Below the pieces are notes generated by a model that was not told the origin of the DNA, searched no databases, and saw nothing but the letters and a program-made list of their open reading frames with translations. Made by a program: the position numbers and the translations under genes. A DNA stretch of 64,000 bases from a virus, in the IMG/VR virus record IMGVR_UViG_3300037471_000902, positions 1 to 64,000 of that record; one strand, 5' to 3'. Every line of letters starts with the position of its first letter. Positions within the stretch are counted from its first letter, which is position 1. Of this stretch, positions 43,125 to 52,800 are shown piece after piece.

Positions 43125-43546
43125 GCCTTCTTTCTGAAATCAAAACTCTGCAGCTTACGGCTAGAAAAAATCGTGATGCTATTGCCTCAGCACTTCTGAC
43201 AACACTGCTTGGCGAAGCCAGCATGCCCGGCAAGAATGATGGAAATCGTGAATCGACAGACATGGAAGTTGTTGCGGTTATCAAGAAGTTTGTGAAGAAC
43301 ACGCAAGAAATGATCCGACTTGCTGACAACGAAACCTCTCGAAAGGAGCTCTCTATTTTGGAAAGTTTCCTGCCGAAGCAGTTGACTGAGGATGAACTTC
43401 GCCGGGCGTTTAGCGAAATCATTGAAAACAACGTCGTCAAGAATATGGGCGCATATATGAACACGCTCAAAACATTCTATCCAGGGATGTATGATGGTGC
43501 GACAGCTAGTCGCATTTTGAAGGAACTTCTTGGTATGCAGAAGTGA
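43121..43546 (+). CDS. GatB/YqeY domain protein
   Basis: IKKF.K, E..ILE.FLPKQLTEDEL, MG..M..LK. Confidence 0.75.
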   Translation: MSLLSEIKTLQLTARKNRDAIASALLTTLLGEASMPGKNDGNRESTDMEVVAVIKKFVKNTQEMIRLADNETSRKELSILESFLPKQLTEDELRRAFSEIIENNVVKNMGAYMNTLKTFYPGMYDGATASRILKELLGMQK

Positions 43547-43734
43547 TTCAATACGTTCTCCGTTTTAAGGACAACACATACCACTCGTGTGTCGGTATTG
43601 GAAGTTCTACTGAGGAGAAGGGCATGGCAAAGCGTTATCAATCAATTAAGGAAGCTCAAGACGATGCTAATTTCCTAGTTGATGTTGACGCTATTGTCAT
43701 GGCTAATTCTGAACAAATCGTGAAACGATATTGA
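43543..43734 (+). CDS. Hypothetical protein
   Basis: GTGA-coupled ORF. Confidence 0.5.
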   Translation: MIQYVLRFKDNTYHSCVGIGSSTEEKGMAKRYQSIKEAQDDANFLVDVDAIVMANSEQIVKRY

Positions 43735-43739
43735 TCACG

Positions 43740-43769
43740 GTTTTACTGCAGTGTCTCTCGAGCTATAAT
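43740..43769 (+). promoter_or_regulatory. Early promoter GTTTT-N19-TATAAT
   Basis: Consensus match. Confidence 0.75.
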
Positions 43770-43777
43770 AAGAAGAA

Positions 43778-45505
43778 ATGAAATATGAACAACAAATTCT
43801 CGAGTCCTTCCAGCGACTCAAGTTCACTCCTCGAGCTGGACAAGCAGCAGCTGTAAATCAAGTTCTTTCAGCTTTCCTTGATGAAGGAAAGCGAAATGTT
43901 ATTCTGAACGCATCAACTGGAACTGGTAAGTCCATCATTGGTGCAGTCACTGCTGAAACGCTTTCCTCTATCCGTGGTGGAGGCTCCTTTAGGCCCAAAT
44001 CCAGCATTAGCCTCACTGCTACAAACGTTCTCGCCAAGCAATATGAGAATACTTTTGAGCAGTTGCTGGAGGATCGTCGCTTCATCATGATCAAGGGTGC
44101 GAACAATTATGATTGTTCTGCTCTGACCACGGATGAAAAATTGGAAAAAGCAGATGCATGTGCGTGGTTTACCATGGTGCAGAATGCATCTGAATTCCAG
44201 CAGACGCTTGACAATCACTGCGAGAAATGCGATTACCTTAGCATAAAGAAAGCAAGGAATCATGTTCGTCACCTCACGACGAACTATTCCTTCTACTTCA
44301 TCGATCGCATGTACACTGGCAAGTTCGAAGACAGAGACTTGATTGTGTGGGATGAGGCACACCTTGTCAATGACCTGTTTAGTGAGCACAATGCAATCTA
44401 TTTCTCGCAGAAGATCATGCAGCGAACAGCTCAGGATATTGCTGACACAATTCAGCTGACTGATTTGGAAATTGCCAAGAAGATCAAGCGCGTTGGTGAT
44501 GATTGCGCCAAGAAAGATAAAATCAACGATAGCAACTACAAAGCGTATCTCCATGCGTTGATTGACATCTACAAGTACGCAAAGGAACGCGGAGTAATTC
44601 GTCAAGAGAAAGCATTGCGCTCTGGTAAGATGAGCGAATACAGCAAATTGACGCGCTTCGTGAAGGAATACGAGGGCAAGCTCTGCAAGATTGACGATCT
44701 CTTCAAGTACGAATATGATCACGTATTCGAATACAAGGAAGACGAGAGCGCAGTATCAGTGAAGCCAATCTTCGTTGGCAACATGATGGAAGCTCTTGAA
44801 GCTGCTGACTTTAACCTCTTCATGTCTGCCACGATTAGTGATGAGTTCATGACAACAACGATGAAGCTTGATCCTGAAAAGACCAAGTTCATTAAGTTAC
44901 CGCCAACGTTCCCAAAAGAAAATAAGGAAATTGTTTTCTTCGATCCTATGTCGTTGAACTTCACGTCATTGAAGGATCCCCAGACTGTGGTGAGACTGAG
45001 GAAGAACGTCGCAAAGATTGTCAAGCACCATATCGAGGATGGAGAGCGAGGCATTATTCTCACACCCTCGTTCAAGTTGACGCAGGAAATTTCTGCTGAA
45101 ATTAGCAAAATCAGTGGATACAAACTGTTTGAACACAAGCAGGGTGAGAAGCTGGAAAATGTCTTGCATGCGTTCAAGAATTATAAGGGTGTTGCTATCC
45201 TTATGTCGCCATCCATGTTTGAAGGTGTTGACCTTCCTGGCGACCAGTCTAGATTCCAGATCGTTGTAAAGGCGCCATTCCCCTCGCTAGGTGACAAGCG
45301 AATGAAATTCATTCTAGATCATCACCAGTCTCTCTACAACACTATCACTATCATGAAATTGGTCCAAGGAGCAGGTCGATCTGTTCGTTCCATGGACGAC
45401 CATGCGGTGACTTATGTCTTGGACGCAAATGGAAAAAGGCTGTTTACGTCCAAACAGAACATCTGGCTTGACGAATTCAATGTTAGATTCACCAACATGC
45501 TGTAA
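43778..45505 (+). CDS. DinG/XPD-like SF2 helicase
   Basis: PRAGQ, ASTGTGKS, Cys cluster, DEAH, MSAT, EGVDLPGD, QGAGRSVR. Confidence 0.88.
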   Translation: MKYEQQILESFQRLKFTPRAGQAAAVNQVLSAFLDEGKRNVILNASTGTGKSIIGAVTAETLSSIRGGGSFRPKSSISLTATNVLAKQYENTFEQLLEDRRFIMIKGANNYDCSALTTDEKLEKADACAWFTMVQNASEFQQTLDNHCEKCDYLSIKKARNHVRHLTTNYSFYFIDRMYTGKFEDRDLIVWDEAHLVNDLFSEHNAIYFSQKIMQRTAQDIADTIQLTDLEIAKKIKRVGDDCAKKDKINDSNYKAYLHALIDIYKYAKERGVIRQEKALRSGKMSEYSKLTRFVKEYEGKLCKIDDLFKYEYDHVFEYKEDESAVSVKPIFVGNMMEALEAADFNLFMSATISDEFMTTTMKLDPEKTKFIKLPPTFPKENKEIVFFDPMSLNFTSLKDPQTVVRLRKNVAKIVKHHIEDGERGIILTPSFKLTQEISAEISKISGYKLFEHKQGEKLENVLHAFKNYKGVAILMSPSMFEGVDLPGDQSRFQIVVKAPFPSLGDKRMKFILDHHQSLYNTITIMKLVQGAGRSVRSMDDHAVTYVLDANGKRLFTSKQNIWLDEFNVRFTNML

Positions 45506-45511
45506 ATCAAA

Positions 45512-45763
45512 ATGAAGATTGAAATCAGTATTGGCAACAATCGTCCTGTTGACGCCATCAATACAATCCTAGACACCCCAATCATGAAAATCAATCCTGC
45601 GGTGTCTAAGTATTTGGAGGATTGGATTGAGAATGATGAAGAAAGAGAATATACATTTCGTGAATTCCTTTCAGCGATAGACAGTGCATTTGACAGATCA
45701 GAATGCTTCTGCATTGTGATGGAAACACTGCTAGATGAGGTGATGAAAAGTGAATCTAATTGA
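45512..45763 (+). CDS. Hypothetical protein
   Basis: Packed ORF. Confidence 0.5.
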   Translation: MKIEISIGNNRPVDAINTILDTPIMKINPAVSKYLEDWIENDEEREYTFREFLSAIDSAFDRSECFCIVMETLLDEVMKSESN

Positions 45764-45776
45764 GTCCGGAGGACGA

Positions 45777-46289
45777 ATGAGCGAAGAATTGAAGCCGTGC
45801 CCGTTCTGCGGGAGCGCCCCAAGGCTCCTGCGGTTGGTGGAGGCATACCAGGATGCCGATGGACAGCATGCGGGCGAATACGACGCATGGTTCAACGTGC
45901 AATGCGACAACTGCGGCATTGAGCAGGGCGATGAATACCGATCCAGTGCAATTGCAGCATGGAACAAGCGCGCCTCGCGTGACGCGGAGGTGCAGAGGCT
46001 GCAAAGCCCTTCGTACATGCGACACCAGCCCATAAGCAACTGCGAGTGCGCCGACTGCATCCGATTCTTCCAGCTTGCAGCAATCAGGGGCGACGCTATT
46101 CAGCACGATTTGCTCAAGCTTTCCCAAGAGGTTGAAACTTTGAAAAAGAATCTGAAGGATTGGGAAGATAATGCCAAATATCTCCTTGACTCAACACCTG
46201 GTGCTATTCGCTCATGCTACAAGGGACTCGACGAAAATCTGCTCGAGTCCCTCTGCATTACCTACATCAAGTTACGCGGTCAATCTTGA
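45777..46289 (+). CDS. Lar-family restriction-alleviation-like protein
   Basis: ELKPCPFCG, V.C..CG, AIAAWNKR; GGAGG SD before 45777. Confidence 0.7.
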   Translation: MSEELKPCPFCGSAPRLLRLVEAYQDADGQHAGEYDAWFNVQCDNCGIEQGDEYRSSAIAAWNKRASRDAEVQRLQSPSYMRHQPISNCECADCIRFFQLAAIRGDAIQHDLLKLSQEVETLKKNLKDWEDNAKYLLDSTPGAIRSCYKGLDENLLESLCITYIKLRGQS

Positions 46290-47866
46290 TCGAATTTGAC
46301 CTTATCAGGGGTGCCGGCTTTGCGTTCACCAACATAGATAAAAATGCAGAGCATGTCCAAAAAGTCCTTGAGCGGTTCATGGTGTTCGCGGCTAATGTAA
46401 CTCCGCTTTTCACCAGTGATTTTTGTTCTTAGACTGGCACCAAAGGTCTTACGATCTACATACTGTCCATTGACATAGTCGGTTGTTTTAACACTGTTCG
46501 GTTTTATTTCCACTTTAATGTGGTATGGACTCGAGGCTGCAATTTCTTGGATTGCAGCCTCGATTTTCTTTGCGATGGACGGCATCTTTTTATTCCATTC
46601 AGCAATGTCCTTTGCTACAATCGCCATGAACTTTCTAATTTTCTCTTTGGCGTGTTCTTTTTGATTGACAATGAGGTCATCCTTTTGTTTCCGCAAATTG
46701 TTGGCAAAGTCATCCTGTACGTCATCATCATACAAACCAAGCATTAGATCGATCTTTCTAGTGTCAGGTGCTCTCTGCGATATGAGATTGCGAAGTTGCG
46801 CGGTCTCATTAAAAACTGGTGGGTAGATTATTAGTGGATTAACTTTTTCTGGTTTAAACCAGCCAGTGCCATCACCATTATGACGGTAGAGCCCAGTTTT
46901 AGCAGCATTTGTACTAAAGCCCTCATGTTCATGGGGTTTGCTGCGGGCGAGGGCATGATACTGTGGTCCAAATTTTAGCTTCTCGTGTAGGATCTCCATA
47001 ATATCAGACATGATCTCATCACGGCCTTTGGCAGCTTGGACCTCACCATCAAAGATGAAAGTTACCTTATTGCTATCACTCCTGTTAAGGAATTTATCAA
47101 GATTGAACGTCTTGATGTCATCAAATCCATAAAGATTGCTTGCGCCAGGACCGTCAATCCACCCTATTAGATGGAATCCTGATTCCTCAGCCTTGGCTAA
47201 CCATTTCTCAATAGTTTCCTTCTGAAATTGTTTGACTAATTCTCTGTGACTGTCATCTGTCTTAACGCTTGGTTTTTTAAATGACCTAGTCTTAGGGTCA
47301 TACTGTTCCTGAAATTTGAATGGACTCACCTCAATCGTGACGCTCTTAATCTTCCTTTTCTCTAAACCATAGGCTGTCTTCTTGGCATTAGGAGGAGACT
47401 TCATCGAGCTATTGACTGATCCGATTTCAAGAAAGTCCGTCAATTTATCTTTTCTATTTGCTGGTTTTGACGGATCATCTGGCATTCTTGATTGATAGGA
47501 GTTAGCAATCTCCTTGAATGCGCGTGCAAGAACAGAAGATGGGGTTCCTGTTCCAGCTGTTGCTTCGGTCAGATCATCAAGAAACTTCTTATCATAGTCT
47601 TTCTTCAGCACCGTATCTCTGTTAATGTAGTAACGATACGCCCAGAATAGTTCGGGACTGTCTTTCTTTTGGAAGAGAATCTTATCATATCCAGGCATTT
47701 CGCCTGGCACGATTGAATGAACAGTAAGTTCAGTGCCAGGAAAAACATATGTGCCATCCGTTTCACCATGAAAGGAAAGCGCGTAAAAGTTCTCTTCTGT
47801 CGAGATTAGTTTTGTACCCGGTTCTAGGTCTAGATACGCTTCAGAAATAAATTGCTTGAATCTCAT
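46280..47866 (-). CDS. Probable capsid-internal protein; N-terminal domain belongs to the paralogue family
   Basis: MRFKQFISE start; FPGTELTV..FLDDLTE. Confidence 0.65.
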   Translation of the reverse strand: MRFKQFISEAYLDLEPGTKLISTEENFYALSFHGETDGTYVFPGTELTVHSIVPGEMPGYDKILFQKKDSPELFWAYRYYINRDTVLKKDYDKKFLDDLTEATAGTGTPSSVLARAFKEIANSYQSRMPDDPSKPANRKDKLTDFLEIGSVNSSMKSPPNAKKTAYGLEKRKIKSVTIEVSPFKFQEQYDPKTRSFKKPSVKTDDSHRELVKQFQKETIEKWLAKAEESGFHLIGWIDGPGASNLYGFDDIKTFNLDKFLNRSDSNKVTFIFDGEVQAAKGRDEIMSDIMEILHEKLKFGPQYHALARSKPHEHEGFSTNAAKTGLYRHNGDGTGWFKPEKVNPLIIYPPVFNETAQLRNLISQRAPDTRKIDLMLGLYDDDVQDDFANNLRKQKDDLIVNQKEHAKEKIRKFMAIVAKDIAEWNKKMPSIAKKIEAAIQEIAASSPYHIKVEIKPNSVKTTDYVNGQYVDRKTFGASLRTKITGEKRSYISREHHEPLKDFLDMLCIFIYVGERKAGTPDKVKFDQD

Positions 47867-48744
47867 TTCAGTTCTTCTGGAATTGGAAGCTTGGCTTCTT
47901 TGAGTGATTTTATTGCATCAGCAAAAATCTCTTGAGCATCTTTTCTAGCCCTAATTTGCTTGATGACGTCTTCGGCAGTCATGATGTCTTTTGCTGATAC
48001 ATTCTGTCCAAATAGGAATTTGGCAACAGTATCTGGATCAGTGATGATATCTGGATTTGGGTCAAACTTAATATTCTTTCCAGAGATAGCCTGGGCGTGC
48101 ATGGCTAATTGGCCTGGATCCATCTTATTCATCGTCTTTCCAAACGTCTTTGTTTCCTTGTCATATTTTGCGGCTTTAAACAGCCGCTCTACGCCAGTGT
48201 CTAATTTGATAGCTCTTGACGCACGAGCTACGACTTCACCCTTATACTTCATGATGAAATCTTTTCCACCTTCATGAGTATGGCGCATCGCTGCCATGAG
48301 AAGGAAGTTTCTAACTACGCCTGGATACTTAGACTTGTCACCTTCGGAAGAATAGTAGATGAACTTTGCCCATGTTTTGTCATTCACAAACATTAAGTCA
48401 ACCTGAACTTTCTTTCCGCCCACATCTACTGCGTATGAGCCGATTTTTGTTCCCTTGTTGAACGTGCCCTCATTGTTTACCAATTCCATCATTTTCAAAT
48501 TGGCTTGTTCGCTAGACATCTCATCATTTCCTATGACGATGTCAATGTCACCGCTATCATTCTTTTTACCCGCAAGAGTGAGGTGAACCGTTCCAAGAGT
48601 GCGGTTCTTGATATCGGGCAAATTGAGAGTTCGACCCACGATGTCAAGGGCTTTCTCAATGTCTTCTTTCGTTGCTCGCTGAGTGTTGAACTTCTCAGTT
48701 GCAGCACCGCCCTCAGCAAGAAATTGTTTGAATGTTGTGACCAT
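47863..48744 (-). CDS. Pol-beta-superfamily nucleotidyltransferase with capsid-targeting-like N-terminus
   Basis: TFKQFLAE start; LGT..SGDIDIVI and VQVDLM catalytic aspartates. Confidence 0.7.
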   Translation of the reverse strand: MVTTFKQFLAEGGAATEKFNTQRATKEDIEKALDIVGRTLNLPDIKNRTLGTVHLTLAGKKNDSGDIDIVIGNDEMSSEQANLKMMELVNNEGTFNKGTKIGSYAVDVGGKKVQVDLMFVNDKTWAKFIYYSSEGDKSKYPGVVRNFLLMAAMRHTHEGGKDFIMKYKGEVVARASRAIKLDTGVERLFKAAKYDKETKTFGKTMNKMDPGQLAMHAQAISGKNIKFDPNPDIITDPDTVAKFLFGQNVSAKDIMTAEDVIKQIRARKDAQEIFADAIKSLKEAKLPIPEELK

Positions 48745-48768
48745 TTGTTTGAATTGGTGTTCTAGATC

Positions 48769-48781
48769 TATTTACTAAATA
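48769..48781. promoter_or_regulatory. Back-to-back late promoters TATTTA-C-TAAATA
   Basis: Palindromic pair between divergent genes. Confidence 0.7.
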
Positions 48782-48802
48782 TCTGATTACAGGACACGTA
48801 AA

Positions 48803-49768
48803 ATGCCCAATCAATATATCACGCCAGTCTGGAACAGTGAGGTGTGTCACACCCTTATTCTTAGAACTGGCTCTGTTTCTGCTGGGACAGTCACTGTCAA
48901 ATACATGAACCATCGTCTGTCGACGGGCGATGTGATGAGTTTGGAGACAAATGCTGAGTATTCAGCATGGAGTGGTGAGCACCCCATTACAGTGGTTGAT
49001 CAGAACACATTCACATTTTCAATCACAGGCACGCTACCTTTTCCTTCTCAAAAACCAGGACAAGGAATTGCACTAACTGCAAGATTTAAAAAGTACTCAC
49101 AGCTGATGACATTTCCAGCTAAAGCGAGAATCACTATACCTGCTGGAACAACAGTGATTGTGGAGCATTATGATTCTGGATGGAAGACGCTGAAGACACT
49201 TCATTCGACCGATAGTCCTTCTGATATTGTGTTCTCCAATCAATTCAAAGAAGTCAGATTGCAAGTTTCTGCGGGACCTGGTCAAGGAGAAGCCATCGCT
49301 ATCCATGAATCAGCACCACCATTGTCCGATCCAACTACCACTTATCCTGTCCCAACAACAATTCCAACTATTGGAGCACCTGGTACTTATGGGGTGGTGA
49401 CAGTGAACGAATTTGGACAAGTCATTGCTGGCGAAGCTCCGCAGGGTGAGCAGAATATTTTTAGTGGATCAGCGCAAGTTACGTCAACTTCGACGACAAT
49501 CATCGATTCAATCTCTACTGTCACATACAGATCGGCAAAATATCAAGTTCAGATTACTGATGGCGTTAACGTGGAAACTGTAGAGGTTATGCTGATGCAT
49601 GACAACAGTGATGTCTTTGTTTCAGAACATGGAAACGTATTCAACTCGCCAAATTCGCTTGGAAACTTTAATGCATTAATGTCTGGGAGCACAATTTCCC
49701 TTACATACACCGCATACACCGCCACTAACAAAACAATACGCTTTATCAGGACGGCTATTGATAGTTAA
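48803..49768 (+). CDS. Virion fibre-associated protein
   Basis: GTYG.VTVN..GQV motif; C-terminal YRSAKY domain shared with the next gene. Confidence 0.7.
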   Translation: MPNQYITPVWNSEVCHTLILRTGSVSAGTVTVKYMNHRLSTGDVMSLETNAEYSAWSGEHPITVVDQNTFTFSITGTLPFPSQKPGQGIALTARFKKYSQLMTFPAKARITIPAGTTVIVEHYDSGWKTLKTLHSTDSPSDIVFSNQFKEVRLQVSAGPGQGEAIAIHESAPPLSDPTTTYPVPTTIPTIGAPGTYGVVTVNEFGQVIAGEAPQGEQNIFSGSAQVTSTSTTIIDSISTVTYRSAKYQVQITDGVNVETVEVMLMHDNSDVFVSEHGNVFNSPNSLGNFNALMSGSTISLTYTAYTATNKTIRFIRTAIDS

Positions 49769-49801
49769 ATAAATAGATCCTAGAACTTACCTAGGGTCAA
49801 C

Positions 49802-52800
49802 ATGGCAACAATTAAGGACTTCTTCGTTAAACAAGGTGCACAGGCAACGACAACACTCGTTGCGGGTGCAGGTCAGGCAAACCAGCTCACACTCGCTGGT
49901 GGAGCATCCGGCTCTCCGGGCATTGTGAGCCTGACAGCGTCTGGCACTGATACTAACATCAACGTAAACGTAGTCACCAAGGGAACCGGCATATTCACTG
50001 TTAACGGTAACCCCATCACGGTGACTCCGGCTGGCACGAGTGGACAAGTCCAATACAATAACAGCGGATCATTCGGTGCTTATTCGATCACTGGTACTGC
50101 TGGTTCTGTTGTTATGTCCAACGCGCCGACAGTCGTAGGCGGATCATTCACAGCCCTAACGACTCTTACTGTTCGCAACGCCGGTACTGGTGCGTTCGAT
50201 ATGTCTGTCTCGCACAACGGAACCCTAACTGCGAACAGAACCCTAACAGTCAATCTTAACGACGCATCGCGAACTCTCTCCCTTGCAGGCGACTTAACAC
50301 TAGCAGGTGCGTTCACTACTTCCGGCGCAAACGCACTGACACTGACAACTACTGGTTCGACTAACGTCACGTTGCCTACTGCGGGTACACTTGCGACTCT
50401 GGCAGGAACAGAGACGTTCACCAACAAAACGCTGACCACACCGCAAATTAACGCGGCAACAGTCGGCGTAAATGCGGCGGTAACTGCAGGTACTAACGCA
50501 CAGGGTCAAGGTGCTCTCACTAGCGACATCAACGTCATCACGACGAACGCGTCGAACCCAGGTGGTGTGACTCTGCCTACCGCTACGGTAGGACGTTGGG
50601 TTTCAATTGTTAACAAGTCAGCTAACCCACTGAAGGTTTATCCAGCCTCTGGCGCCGCGATTGATGCCGGTGCAGCTAACGCTTCAATTGATCTTCCTGC
50701 TGGTGGTAAGCTAGAATTCCTTGCTAGCTCGACCACGCTGTGGCACTCGTCTGCGACAGGCGCCAAGGGCAACGGTATCCTGACTCTGGCAGGTAATTTG
50801 ACCACGTCAGGTGCGTTCGCTACCACCTTCACAATGACTGGTGCTACAAGCGTCACCTTCCCAACGTCTGGTACACTGATGACCACGACTGGTAACACGT
50901 CAGGTCAGGCAGGTTCTGTTGCAAACGCGGTCACGTTCAACAACGGTGGTGCAGGTGCTGCATCAGGCTCGACGTTCAACGGTTCGTCTGCAGTCACTGT
51001 ATCGTACAATACGATCGGTGCTCCATCAACAACAGGTACAAACGCGTCCGGTACATGGGGCATCTCGATCTCGGGAACCGCAACCAACGCGACAAACGTT
51101 GGTATTACTGACGACACAGCAACCAACGCTACGATGTATCCAGCGTGGGTTACTGCCAACACTGGTAACCTACCAGTAAAAACAACGTCGACAAAGCTGA
51201 CGTTCAACCCATCAACAGGTGTACTGTCCTCGACGTCGTTCACTGGTGCAGGTACCGGATTGACTGGTACTGCAGGCTCATTGAGTATTGGTGGTAACGC
51301 CGCCACGGCAACCAAGGTCAATAACGCTGTCACGTTCAACAACTCGAACTCTGGTGCCGCATCTGGAACAACATTTGATGGTTCCAGCGCGATCACCATT
51401 TCGACGAACACAATCGGCGCTGTTCCACTAGCCGGTGGAACAATGACTGGATCATTGACACTGAATGCAGACCCAACTCAAGCATTGCACGCTGCGACGA
51501 AGCAATATGTTGATGCAACTGCTAGTGGCTTGGATATCAAGGGTTCTGTTCGCGCTGCTACTACCGCGGCTCTGACTGTCACCTACTCTAACGGCGCAAG
51601 CGGCGTTGGTGCAACGCTTACCAACGCTGGTGCTCAAGCAGCTTTTGTTCTTGATGGTGTAACTCTTGCCACAAACGATCGTGTTCTCGTCAAGAACCAG
51701 GCATCTGCATTCCAGAACGGTATCTACACGGTCACTAACATTGGATCAGGCTCTACTAACTGGGTGCTGACTCGAGCTGTTGACGCTGATACAGCAACTG
51801 AAGTTACACCAGGTCTCTTCACATTCATTGAGGAAGGAACGACGCTAGGTGACACTGGCTGGATCTTGACATCCACTGGTGCAACGACTATCGGTACTAC
51901 CAACCTGCCATTCACCCAGTTCTCTTCAGCTGGTGTGGCTACCGCGGGTAACGGTATCGTTCAATCGGGTAACGTTTTCCACTTTGCGAAGTCTTCGAAC
52001 TATACTGTTGGCGATCTTTTCTACGCCAACTCTACGACGGGACTTACGACACTAACAGCTGTCGCGACAGGTAATGCAATTATTTCTGGTGGTGTTGGTG
52101 CTGCTCCATCATGGGGTAAGATTAACCTCGACACTTCTGGAACTGCACACGTAACTGGTACTCTGCAAGTTGGATCTGGTGGTTCTGGTGCTACGACACT
52201 AACTGGATACCTCAAGGGCAACGGTACTTCTGCCTTCACCGCATCGGCAACAATTCCTGGTGCTGACATTAACGGCAACATTTCTGGAAATGCAGCAAAC
52301 GTAACTGGCACTGTCGCGATTGCTAACGGTGGTACTGGCGTGACCTCGACTACTCAGTGGGGTATCGTATACGGTGCGTCAAGCACCACATATGGAACAA
52401 CTGCGGCTGGTACAGCTGGACAGGCGCTTGTTTCCAACGGATCTGCAGCACCAACATGGCAGACACTTGACATGTCGTATCTGCCAGATTCTGCATTAAA
52501 GAAATCTGTAAAGGCGGCAACCACAGCTAGCGTCACCCTCGCTGGTTCTGCACCCAACACGCTTGATGGTGTCACACTTGCAGCTAACGACCGCATTTTG
52601 GTTAAGAACCAGGCTACTGCTGCTCAGAACGGTATCTACATTGTTCAAACTCTGGGTACAGGCGCTAACGGTACTTGGGTTAGATCCGCAGATGCTGACG
52701 TTGCTAGTGAAATTGCAGGTGGTTTTGTAAACGTTGACCAGGGAACTGTCAACGGCGGACTGATGTTCAAGACGACGTTCAAGACGACTGACACGCTTGG

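Noticed and set aside
43913-44722. 269-aa antisense ORF
   Set aside because: Lies within the DinG helicase gene on the opposite strand; no protein-like features
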